Below are positions 24,978 through 37,316 of a stretch of DNA of 64,000 bases, piece after piece (the first letter of the stretch is position 1; the number at the start of each line of letters is the position of its first letter). The position numbers and the translations under genes were made by a program. Source of the DNA: Klebsormidium nitens (Eukaryota > Plantae > Klebsormidiophyceae); contig DF237332.1 in assembly GCA_000708835.1 (NCBI GenBank), positions 26,461-90,460 of the forward strand, written 5' to 3'. The notes under the pieces are model-generated. The model made no database searches and was not told the origin of the DNA. It saw nothing but the letters and a program-made list of their open reading frames with translations.

Positions 24978-27900
24978 TCAAACCACGTCCTCCGGTGAAA
25001 AGCTCTTCTTCTCTCCGCAACCCGTCTCCTGTCCGCCGCTTCCGTTCGACGAATCAACCCGATCCGGCAGCCCGGTGATCGTCCCCCAACCCCGACCTTC
25101 CGTGCTTTCCTTGCCCGGTACCTCCCTACCGGTCCCTCCTTGGCTCGTACCTGTCTCTTCTTCGCCCCGGTGGGCCGCAATGGCGGCCCGTAACCTCGTC
25201 AGCCGATCCACCAGCTCTGCACTCCTCTGACCGTCCGATCTTCCAGCGACGCTCTCCTGGCCGTCAGTTTCGTCCCGCCCAGTCGGACCTTCTTCCGCAG
25301 GCCTTCCGCTCGCAAAGTACCCGTTGGCGCTCCCTCCGGGGGGGCTCAACGGCAGCTCAATCTGCCCCCCCGTTTCGGACGCGTCGCTGGTGGTCCGCTC
25401 CAAGAGCGCACTAACCAGCGTCGGGCTCTGCGGCTGCCCCTCTGAATCCGCCACCCCCCGGGGGCTCCTCCCGGGCGCTCTTCCCGCGCCACGTGTCAGT
25501 CGCGACACGAACGAACTCAACTTCCCCGGGAAGCCTTGCCGCGGCCGAGATCGCGGCTCAGGGCTCCGTTCCGCGGTGGTGGTTGCGCCGGCGGAAGAGG
25601 GGAGAGGGCTCGCGCGGAAGCTAGAGGGGGGAGGGTTTAGCAGGGGGTTTGGGGTCGACGCGCCTTCGGTTGGCGCGGCCGCAGTCAGGGCAGCAATCTC
25701 GTCGGAGGAGCGCGCTTGGAAGGAGCTCAGCAGAGCCTGCAAGGAAAACGAAGTTCCTACTTACGTTAGGCTACGGCATGATAAAGAACCAATCGCGAAT
25801 GTCTTACTGGCGAATGTGCAACCTTTGCACGAAGCACAGCTTTCCCGTCATGCTCCGATGCAATCCTCTCAAGATCTGTCGTTGCGTCATTTGTTATGCG
25901 GAAGCCAATCTGATCCGATCAAAGCATCAAACCTCCCAAGCGCGTGCTTTCGGCACGAGACTAAAGACGCCTCTGAAACGCTTAAATCATCCATGAAAGA
26001 AACCTCTTGTCTACAAGCTTACCTGGCTCGCAACAGCGCTGCCAGGCTCGTCCAGATTCGCCGAACTCCCCGCGTTGACAGAAACCTCCGCATTCACACC
26101 GTCCGCATTCACACTCGAGCTGCCCGCGTCCGCGGCGGCGCCGTCCGGCAGCGATACGGACGCGACCGCGACGTTGCGGACGAGCTTGCCGTCCGCGTCG
26201 AGTTCCGGCGGATTCTCGATGATGACGAAGCCGGGCGGAATGCTGCCGTCGGAGTAGAGCGGGATGTTGTGCACCTGCTCCGAAAGCGCGCGCGCAGTTA
26301 GAGGCAAAGATCGAAAGATCCACTCCAGTACCAAGGAACATCAGGGACGTATCCTGGAGCCGCTCTTTGCGAATAGTAGTCATGTCTATCTGAGTGCCAT
26401 GTCGAGACGAGTCTACTGCATGGGTCGTTTGCTTTGATGGCCTTTCAGAAAGCACCAATCCCAACAGCAACGAGTTGCGACGTAAAGCTTTCTCTCTTTA
26501 CGACCGCACAGACAACCGAGATTTATCGCCAGTTTTGTTCGACATTGTCGATCGGCCGTCTTTGTATTCATGCTGGACGGCTTCTTGCTCTGTGCTGTCA
26601 AACCTGCAAAGCAAAAATCACAGGCGAAGAAAAGCAGAACGTGGCACTTTGCAGGCGCGCGCGCTCACCTGCGGTGGCGCGCGCGAGCCTGGCCCGTTCC
26701 TCTGGAGCCCGTAAAGGCCGGCCGCGAGCGGGTGCTCGCCGCGCTCGAGGCTCGGCGGCTCGTGCGCGTTGAAGATGTTGGGCCGTTGGAAGCGGAGCAG
26801 GAAACTGCGCGGCAAAGAGGTTCGGCTTTACACACGAAAGCGAGATTTAACTACCAATTGCAGAGTCATCTGAGTGCTCATATTTCAGAAACCGGCACAC
26901 TCAGCATGTATGCACGGTTTTGTTTGCTGCCAGTCTATGGTTTTTAGTGTCTGTCATGAAGGTGTGGAGCTTAATACGGTTCAAAAGCGTTCATTGGATC
27001 CATGGAGCGTGAGTTGGCGCCAATACTCCTGATGAAGATCCTTCTAGTTTGATCCGCAGGGAGCACATCAAGATACTCTGAGGAGAGCAGATGTTGAACG
27101 AGTGTACCAAGATTGGAAATCTCGAAATATATTTTGCTTTCGCTCCCTGCCCTCCTGATGAAGGGAGCAAGCGGCTTCGAAGTAACTCGGCGCAATGTCT
27201 CCAGCGTTTTCAAGCGTTTTGAGGTACATCTGCGACATTCCTTGAAAGGGCAGGAAATGTCGTTAAAACATCAAGAGGCATGGGAAAAGTCTCGTCAACT
27301 GAATCAACATAAGTGAACCGCCAAACACAGCAGGCTTATTGTTAAGCTTCATCATCCCGTACTGTTTGGTGCTCGCACGTCGCCTCACCTGAGCGCAAAG
27401 CAGAAGCCGTACTCGATCGCCTCCGCGGCCATGATGCGGCTCCAGGGATCGCGCTCGTCCAAAATGCTGGACAGCATCTCCAGCTGCGAACACAGATATT
27501 CGAACAAATTCAGGTGATAAGTCGTGACCCACGTGCTACCATTCAAGGAAAGCGAAAGTCGCCTGACCGGGGTTCTAGAGCATCTTTTGTCGAGCGTCTT
27601 GTTTGGAGCATCTTGTGTCGACATGGTCTTTCGAGCGCGAAAGATAGACCGGAAGCGCGGCCTAGTTGTACGATTCGAGGTACAAGCGGATACCAACAAT
27701 GTCTCATATATAGTCGGCTCTAAAGTCCAAGTCAGAATGCAAGACGACGCTTTCCTTCATGATAAACCCGATGTAAGCCGTTTTTAAGTCAGACTGCGAC
27801 GACGCTTTCCATCTCGATAAACCCGTGTAAGCCGTTACTTCAACAGCCGTCTCTAACTTTTACGGAAGCTAAAACTGGTAAATCTCTCCCTAACCTATTC

Positions 27901-30900
27901 CTCAAACTCCCCTCACCATTATCTTGGAGCAGACGTAGGCGAAGAAGAGCAGCTGCAGCGAGCGGTACATGCGCGCCTTGGCGGCCGCGGCGCTCGCGGC
28001 CGCGTCCGCGCGGTCGGCCTGCATGAGGCGCAGCTGAAGGGAGAGCAGCCGGAAGTTGGCCGCGATGCCGCACACCACCGCCGTCAGCTCGATCATGTAC
28101 GCCGTCAGCCGGACCAGCTGCGGACGTCAGCAGTGGCAGAGGGTTAGCTTCGTGGTTTTCAGGTTCGCGGCTCATCAGAAGGCAAACTCAGAGACTTCAG
28201 GTTTTTGGGGGTTTTGAAGGAATGTGCGGATGCTCGATTTGAGGGATGAAGGATGGCACAGCCTTGCTTCGAGTGCGTCAAGCGGACCAGATGCTGCAAA
28301 AGAACTTGGTTAACCTGACGGTGTCGGTTCGTCTCTTGAAAACTCAAAACCTTATTAGTGAATCACGATAGAAGTCATACCGCGGGAGGTCACTTCGAAT
28401 CAACAGGAACAGCCAGAAAGAGCTTCTGATGTGGGTTACGACTCGATTATGAATCGACGTGGAGGCACTTACGAAGGCGACGGGCGTGGCGTACTGCTCG
28501 AACGTCAGCAGCAGGAGCACCGTCATGACCGTCGACGCCATGCCGCGCTTGTCCATGACCAGCAGCTCCGCGCGCGTGACGCACCAGCCGCGCGCGGCCA
28601 TTAGCGTGACCAGGAACACCAGCGTCTGGGTATAGGCCGGGGCGAGCAGGAAGAACTGCTGCAGCCAATTGGGGACGGTCCCTGAGAAGGAAATTGTGTC
28701 AGCGAGATTGTTGAAAGAGGAAGATGGAATCCGAGCTTTGACTGACAACTTGAGTTACACGAATTGAGATAAACTGGGAGTGTCAGTACCCAGTATGTCT
28801 GGGATACGATGGCAAGAACGAAGATGAGATCAATAAAGTATCTCGACGCCTTTCTATAAATGTTCCAAACGTCCAACTTTTGGATCTCGATACACTGGAC
28901 AAAACGGTCGGACTGATAGATTTTAATGTCCTTTATCTCTGGATTTATCTTAAACTCTCAATCAAACAAGTCGCAAAATATTTTGCGCTCTTCCGAAGAG
29001 TTCCGCCGTCCTGGCCGGCCGATAAAGGAGATTCGGATTCGAGCAACTTTTACGATGAATACCAGTCTTATGCTCCCTTGCAGACCAGCAATCCGGACTA
29101 TTCCTTCTGGTTCCATGGTCATTCCATGATTATTCGTACCCCATGAATTCATGAAGTTTGTTCGAGATTCATGCTTCACCTTGTGAAGATAGGAGCGCCC
29201 AGCGTGCGTAGCAGATGGTAACCAAAGCGAGGTGGGCGACGGGCAGGGTGATGACCCACTTGTGCAGGGGGGTGACGCGCTGCAGGAGAACAGGATAGGG
29301 CAATTTACGATCATACGTGGAGCCAACTCATATAGATCGGTTGAGACATTTTCTGGGCGGAAGACATACGCGTTCATACTTTTGTGTAGGTGGAAACGTC
29401 CAGGTGCAGATAATACTTTGAGGCGTCATTGGGAAACGGTTCAGAACTTGAAATGCTTTGTGGGTCGATTCGGTTGGTTGCGCTTTTACCTTCGTGACCG
29501 GTTTGAAGAGGAGGCAAAGCAGATTTTGAAACTTTAATCGGTGTTCCAATCCGCATAGTAAGCTCGTACAAAGGCTTCAGTAACGAAAGGAGGGGCACCT
29601 AACCAGACACCGAAAGTGGGGGCTGTGTGACTACATCAACAATTCATAAGGGCGCCAGAACTAAAAGGGGAAGGAAGAAAAGGGGTTTCGGTTGGCTCAC
29701 TTTCAAATTGGTGATGGTGTGGATGAAGAGCGAGGTAAAGAGCACCATCCACAGAATGAGCATGGCGGTGTACACCAGTTTAACCGGTTCGTACCGGGTG
29801 CCCAGCTGCTCCCCGCCCGGGTTGGTCATGATGAAGTCGACCTGCAAGAACTTGGGTTTACGTTACCATACTCGTGCAAGTCGGAAATGTTTTTAAAAAA
29901 AGTAGGTTTGTGAAAGTCGAAAGCAGCACCAACCACAACAATGGCGATCATTGGCGACCTCTATATGCAGCAGCGGAGAACCTTGTGTCAGTCAGAAGCA
30001 TCTAAAATCTGCGCCAAGCCCGCCCTTCTGGATGTTCGCTCCAGTCACTTGCAGCAGGCTTCGAGCTTAGTCTGTTCCTTTCTTGGAAAGGCTGCGGTAT
30101 CGCAGCTATCCCACCTTCTCAAGAGAATACCCCTTAAAAACCAAAGGGTTATGCGCTAACCTCTTCAAAGACCACCTTCCGGTAGTTGCAGGTGACGAGC
30201 GCGATGTGGACAACCGTCGTCTCGCTGACCATGCTCGAAAACGCCTCTGTCTCACTCGAGAGCGGCTGCAGGAAGCAGTCTGAAAAAAGGGAGAGAGCTG
30301 TCACTCAGTCGGTAACGTGAGCTCTAGTGCGTGCATAGGAATGCGCGTTTGGGATCGGCTCCCGATCGGCTTGAATCACAAAGTTGACTGGGATGAAGTA
30401 CCGGAAGAGCAGCGAAAGCGCTCTGACTGAAGTAGTGCCCGTGCCGAAGGATCTACTTTGGAGGGGCCTCAAAATGCTGATGAGACTCGAGAAGCAACCG
30501 GAAACAAAGGAGGAGCCGAAATCCTTACTACTAAATATGTCAGAAACCCGTCGAGACAATCTGGAGCGAGCGGAAAACTGCGGATAGTGGCTCCTCTCCG
30601 AGTGGAGATTCCCACTAAGTCCGAAAGCTTTTGGCAGACCATCACTTTCGACTTCGTTATGAGAAGACGACATCAAAAATGAACAGATTTTTCAGCCGCA
30701 ATCTGGAGCGCGCATGCGGGACGAACCGGCTATGCAGCACTCAGCAGGGGCTATAGCACCAAGGTAAACTTTGCTGGTTGCCAAGGACCTACACCCCCAT
30801 TTATGAGGGTCAGGAACGAGTTTCTGAGAGAGATGAGAAGGGTGAAATGGTTACCCGCTGCGAACGCGCGGCACCTAGAACCTAAACCTGACCGAAATCT

Positions 30901-32478
30901 TCTGCAGTCTTTCACAGACAGTCGTTCCAAATGGCCCGTACCCGAGCAAGCTCTTAAGAGGAACAGATACCCTACCCCACCGCTTAAGATAAGCCAGAGA
31001 AAATAGCTACACGCCTCCTCGAATCTCTATCTGCACAGGAGGAGTGACAAGCGGACTGACCAGCGGGCGCCTCGAGCGCGTGGCAGGGGAAGCGGCTGTC
31101 CAGCAGCATCTGGAGCGCGTCCGTGATGTCGGACCGCTTGCACGCCGCAAGGTAGACGCCCGCGCCGTCGAAATCCCGGACGTCTTCCAGCTCCTGCATG
31201 TCGCCCTGCGAATGACACGTGGCAGCCGATGAGTGGGTCGGGCAAAGTGGAGTCGTCGTCGCCGGGTCGAGGACTAAGATTTCTCAGGGACTTAACAACG
31301 TTTGACTGGTATTGGCAGGACCCCTTGGAGGTGATGGCGTTTGGTAAAGTTCAACAGCTTCTCTGACGATTGAGGGAGCGATGCCCAGAGATAATCCTCA
31401 TTTTCGGCAGTAGGTTTTGGGAGTCGTTCCGTTGTGGGCCATCAGATTTAAACAGGTCCGCGAAGTCCGCCTTTCAGTTGCGTCGCCATACCACGAAGAC
31501 AGGTGGCAGTCAGACCGCTCACGCCTTGCTTTCACCAGACGCGACCCTTGTTTCTAGTACGGTTTCATTCTGGTAGTTCTAAGATCTCGCAAAAGGTGGC
31601 CGCAAACGAAAGTAGGACTCTGCTGCAAAATACGAGTGGTCTTGTAAACCTGGGGCCATGTCGGCTCTCCTCTGAAGGTACTTTTCAACAGCGACTCTTC
31701 GAAAGACGCGTCGTTCGAAAGATGCGTAGTTGGCCTTGCATGTCTCTCAAACCCGGATTTCATGACCAGAATCAATCAATGCAGATCGCAGAACCCGGAT
31801 TGCTAAGTTACCAAATCGCAAGCATCAGACGGCCTTAGCTTTGCACTCCAAGCGGATCATACCACGCTCGGGTCGGACGGCCAGATCCGACGGATTGTAT
31901 AAAGAAGGGTAGCGGGAGGCATACCATAACGACAGAAACGCCGAGGAGCCCGCCTGCCTTGTAGCCAAACTCGGCGAGCTCCGCCACTGCCCCCCGCGAG
32001 TCACCGCTGGTCAACACCAACCGGTCGGAGCTGCGCAAGATAGCTTTTATGTTCAAACTCGCTCAGGCACGAATACCGACACCTGTGTTTGGACGTAATA
32101 CGTTGGCACGCGTTGGCTCTGCAAAGGAGCCCTGTCCAATGTAGCCGCGACCCTTTAAAGCCCAACGAACTCTTAAAAAGGTCTGCGGCAGAAAAGCTGA
32201 TGACAGCTGTCACTTCGTCAGCAGGTTCAACATAGGCTAACCCATCTCTCTATATTGTCAATAAAACATAGCAATGACAGCTGTCCAATCACGGCAAGCC
32301 TGAGTCCGTCAGACAAATGCACCAACAGCTGTTGAGAAATAAACGATGTTAATAGGACATCAGTTCTAGTGACTCACCCTATCAAAGCATCTACGTGGTG
32401 GCTGCACAAAGAGAGAGCCAGCAGGCATAGCCAGCCCCACAGGCGAGTCGCTGCCGCTGGCCGCCCCACCCATGCCAT
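24978..32478 (-). CDS. GOST-family (GPR107/TMEM87/lung 7TM-like) seven-transmembrane protein with signal peptide and long C-terminal tail (782 aa)
   Basis: Exons 32478-32378, 32030-31925, 31205-31061, 30279-30176, 29841-29701, 29279-29180, 28681-28473, 28117-27917, 27483-27389, 26804-26669, 26274-26023 and 25736-24978 total 2349 nt in phase. Signal peptide MAWVGR...CSHHVDA, luminal AEFGYKAGG and DFIMTNPGGEQLG, LHKW in TM2, GWCV after TM3, seven hydrophobic segments. Confidence 0.85.
27729..27836. repeat. Imperfect tandem duplication of about 55 bp in an intron
   Basis: AAGTCAGAATGCAAGACGACGCTTTCCTTCATGATAAACCCGATGTAAGCCG is followed by AAGTCAGACTGCGACGACGCTTTCCATCTCGATAAACCCGTGTAAGCCG. Confidence 0.8.
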
Positions 32479-34458
32479 GTGGGCTGTTTGTTCTTGACAG
32501 CTGTACCGCCTGCGGAGAGTCAAGGATGAAGGGATCTCGATGTCTGACACGCAACAATCACAGTGATGAATGGTTGTCATTGCTTGATGGGTCATTTCAT
32601 CGACACGCCAAGTAACATCATCCTGGTGAGTGCCGTGGTAGATCTAAAGTGTCAGCAATGATGCGGCACCAAAGTCTCCCTCTGATGAAGTTGAGCTTCA
32701 ATCCGAAAAAATGGTGAACAGGACGGCTATCGTTGCATGCAGCCTTTTGAAGCAAACAGGTGCCCACATGAGCCATTTTTAAGTGCACCTAGAGATCAGA
32801 ACGATGGAGCCAGCATTGCGCCCATCCGTCCAGCTGTCAAACTACTTCAACCTACTGACTTTCACAGCGACCCCTCGACATATCCTCTCCTCACCACCAC
32901 CACCCCACTGGCGCCCTGACAGCTGTAACCACACAGGGCACTTCTTGTAATGACCACCACGGGCAGTTCCTTCGTGAGGAAGCTACTCCCAAACTTGAAA
33001 CCTCGTTAATACCAGGAGACAGGCTGCATGGACTTTGTTTGATATCACCACCCGCTGACGTTCTTCCCACTTCTGTTACAGTGCGGCGCTGATAGTATTT
33101 GCGTGGGTACCTCTTCAAGAGAACAAAAGCGCTCTGAGACGATTGCTCTGGTCTCTTCTTAGGAGGCCATTAGATCAAGGTCGTCACTTACGAGTGGAAA
33201 CTTCCAGACACTCCCAACTGCCTCCGGTCTCTTTGCTTGCAAAGGTGCAGATTGATCGGGCCCCTTGCTTAACACATTCGGCTTCTTCTCTCACAAAACT
33301 CTGTTGCAAAATCAGGGACCTTTGAAGCTCAATAGATTTGCTCCTCCTGTCTGCACAAGTGTGGGCACTGGTCACGCTAGCCAGCACGCCCTCTAATGCC
33401 GAAAGCAAATTTTTGTGGCAATGCTGACCTCAACAAATGTTTGTTCGCATTGGCCTCAACAGATTGCCCTGCCACCTCCGAGCGGTAGCCTGTGCTGTCG
33501 ATGCGGTGCCTTTTACGTCAGCAGACTCGCTTGTGCTGCCCTGCTTGTGATCAGCGCACTTACGGTCCCACTGATCAATGCAGGCCTTTGCTGCCCATCA
33601 ATCTGCTCTCCATGCACAGTTTGACAGTTAAAGTCGGCATTGCGTGCCTGCCATGACAATGCGGCGCTCTCATCCGTGCGTTGTTCAGCGACACACGTAA
33701 TCACCAGAATCCTTACCACTTACGACAGATCAGAGGTGAGAGAGGGCGTCGATGTAGCTGCATTTTGTCATATCTTGCATGCTAAGCTTCACTGTTGATC
33801 ACCCGGTCTCGCTGACGGCGCGCAGACACTACGGCATTGTCTGGATGCTGTGACAGACTCAGATGCACACTTTTTATCCAGGTTCGACAAAAGACAAGGT
33901 GCTCCTAGGTTTGTCACGGTCAAGTCTTTAGCTTGAAATATGACATTGAAGTACGCACTGCTTACTGACTGACTTTCGTACCGACGTCTCCCTGACCCCT
34001 CAACGATTTCATCGTGCGCATGCATGTACCGTACTTGACGTATAAAAGGTACCCAAAGCACGTACAGTCGCGATGTGCCCCCAATAAATTGAAATAACCG
34101 TCTATTGAATCTGTACTAGCCCTCAGAATATCGTGACTCGTTTGACGCCGTCGATTGATTTTCGATTTTTTGTTGTCGCGCGCGCACTTGTTTCAGTGCT
34201 TGGCCCGAGCGGCGGCCCGCGTAGGCCGACACGCGCGGACGCGCAACTGGGGCTGGTACCTAGGTAACCCGGTTTTGATTTTGAGATTTGCAACCTGATC
34301 GACATCATGCAGTGTTGCTTTCCCGCACGATCCGGCTGCCAGTCTGATGTCAACAGTACCTGGAATAAATATGGTTTTACTAAGACCCAATACTAATAGA
34401 CTGGGTTATGTATTAGGCCCCTCTGCTGCATGAGCATTCAGATCCATTCACCAATTTC

Positions 34459-35881
34459 GTGGCATTCACCATGGCTGCGGCTCAAGCGGTCCTGGCAGCT
34501 CCCTGGAGCTCGCAAGCAGCACCAGCTGCCAGGCGCAAGGTCCCTTTCTCTGCTGCAGAAGCGTCTTGCGCTGGCTGCGGCTGCCCTTCCAAACTTTCTC
34601 CATCGTTTAAGAAGCGCATCCGTAACCCTCTCCACACCACATTTGCTCATGCGCAGCATTCGTTCTCGAAGCCTTCTCAGTCTAGAAGGTCTTGCATAGT
34701 CCGAGCAGTTGAGAAAGAGGAGAATGTGCCGACCTGGGCAAAGCCTGGGTCGGAAGAGGTGCCCCCTTGGGCCAAGGAGGACTCGTCAGGGTACCAGAAG
34801 GAGGGGCCTAAGGACCTTCCATTTGGACTGTACCTATTGTTCTCGGTCTTTACCGCAATTGCGGCGGTGAGCTGGACCCACATTTGAAGCCACATTGTTG
34901 CAATTGGCTGTTTCATGCACTCCGAGTCTGAGTCCGCTTTTGCAGCGGACACGGCTTCAAAGTAAACACTGAGGAGAATGTGGGAAGGAAGAAAGGGTCA
35001 TGATTCGCCGCAAAGATGTGCTGTCATGAGCAGTCAAGTACGTAACGAGCGGCACATGGGAAGCGGCCTCCGTTTGCTTAGCACTATCTGGCACAACTGG
35101 ACTATAAGTTAGTGAAACGTTCCAAAGGGCTCAGCACTGATGGCTGTGTCCAGGACGCCCTTTGCATGCATTGGGAAGTGAAGAGATCTTCCTATTTGTA
35201 ACGTGCCTTTATGGTTCGGCTCTTTCGTATCCAATTGTCAGCACCAGTAGTCAAAATCAGCACTGAAAGGCCCTCCATATGAGATGTCAGGCCGGTGCGG
35301 GTCTTTTTTATGAAAGAAGCACTGGCCCCGGAAGTTTCCTGCTGGCATCGGTTTGACCCGACACGCTTCCCTCTCACTGCCCTGACTTTATCCCCTTTTT
35401 TTTTGACAACACGCGTTGCTCTTTGCAGGTCGGATCGATCTACGAGTTTGCAAACAAGAACCCCATATTTGGAGTGATCCAACCAGACAGCGGTCTGTAT
35501 GTCCCAATCTTGGGATTCTTCGTCCTTTCGGGATTCCCAACTGCGGTGAGTCTTTCTCAAACATGCGCTGTCGTGGAAGCGCCTCACAAAAATATTGCAC
35601 GTCAATACTTTTGCAATGACGTTGTCAGTCTAAGAAACACAAACAGGTCTCCCCTTATCTGCATGACCACTTGCTTGAAGTTTCACTTTAATTGTCCGGG
35701 CGGCCGCCACCGCGCGCTTCAATCCAGGGTAAGATTGCTCAGGCTGCACCGATCTTGGCTTTGCTGCTTTAAACTTGAAATGTATCACGTGCAGGGCTTC
35801 TTGTTGTACAAAGCAATCTCAACGGCGAACAAGCTGGCGGAAGCGATGGACAAAGAGGACGGAGTCAACAAGGATTACTAG
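34459..35881 (+). CDS. Conserved plastid (probably thylakoid) membrane protein of unknown function with transit peptide (203 aa)
   Basis: Exons 34459-34866, 35429-35545 and 35795-35881 (612 nt, phase 0). Ala/Ser/Arg-rich N-terminus ending SCIVRA, then WAKPGSEEVPPWA, DLPFGLYLL..TAIAAVGSIYEF..KNPIFG, PILGFFVLSGFPT and ANKLAE..DKEDG, a motif set I recall from green-plant chloroplast proteins. Confidence 0.85.
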
Positions 35882-37316
35882 ACAGCTGCTACTGCATCAG
35901 GACGCAGCCATTTTTGATCTGTATCTACATAGGACGGTAGGATAAAAGAGAGGGTCACTGACGCGTTTATCTAAGCTCCCATGTGTTGTATGTTGAAGTC
36001 TCGCTCAAACACTAAAGCCATGGGTGCATGGTTTCTCAAGCGAGCCATCAGATTCCCCTTGAGTAACCACCGGGTCAACAATCCATCCACAATGATCCCT
36101 AGCTGTCCAGTCCAACACCAACCTTTGCATAAACGGCTTCAAATGGCAGAAAACGTCCTCAGATGTACCCTGTTCCACCACGTTTGATCTCTTACCGTTG
36201 ACCTATGAATAGGCTGCTTCATCGATTGCGTGCCTGCCGCACCGGAAGTGTCGTCTAGGTAAGAGGCCGGAAACCAACCAGAGCCCTGCCGTCAATGCAC
36301 ATGCATGCAGATTACCAAATTGTGACAGAAACGTTTGGCAATCAGTGCATGGCACATCTGGCGCCCGGTCATTGTTGGCTTATGTACGTATGTTGGCCGG
36401 AATACATGCATCGATCATGTTGGACGCGACGCACGCGCAGCCTGGCTTGGATATCATATAGAGACATGGCAGCTATATCTAACATACATACAAGGCCGCC
36501 GACTCTGCATATGTCTGCAGTGAATTATATTGTTGGTCGCCACAAAGTGGTGACAATCGCAAGCATAATATTGGTGAGGAGCTGCATGGCCCCGGCCATG
36601 CACCAGGCGTCCATGAATACTGTAAGTACATACCAGCCTAGATACATACGGTGCGACTCAGACGGTTCACGGCTTCGACAAGTTTGAACATGTGCGTGCC
36701 AGACTATGCAGTCCTGCGACATGTTCGCATCCATGCGCATGCAAGCGCGGGCCAGCAGGCCTACTTTTCTACACGCGCTCTGCAGGTTATTCTAGTCAAA
36801 GTGGCGCTCAGACTGGGCAATCGTTCGAGCCGCCTGGCCTTGGTTGGGATAAGACCTCGCTAACAACAGCTCCGGTCTGATTGAAGCCGCCTCTTGGATA
36901 TCTTGTGAGCATTACGTTGAAAGTGCCAAGGTGAGTGTTGACAGTGTGACAAACTCTACCACTACATACGTCGTGAACAAGACCCTTTCAATTTTGGAAC
37001 AGTAACCACCTTTGCCGATGCTCAAAGAATCTGCCCGTTCGTAAATAAGTGGACCTAGATTGTTGCAAATGACTCTCGCATCGCCAGGCAGAGCGCCAAG
37101 CCCGCTGCCCCTTCTCCTTATCTCAGCTGGTTCTGAATCTCATTAGAGAGAAGTCGGCTTCTTACGACATCTCGTCTTAATCAAAAGTGTGTGTATGTAC
37201 CGCCACATTGCTCAAGCGGGTATGAAAAAGAATCAAAAGCGACCTGCAATGGCTTACAGTTTCTCAATGAATCATACCAAACAGGGTGACCGTTTTCCAG
37301 CGGGTGAACCAAGATG

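Noticed and set aside
32600-34120. Short ORFs between the 7TM and thylakoid genes (also 20300-22500 and 59200-60600)
   Set aside because: No recognisable motifs, codon bias or consistent exon chain; probably UTR introns or decayed repeats.
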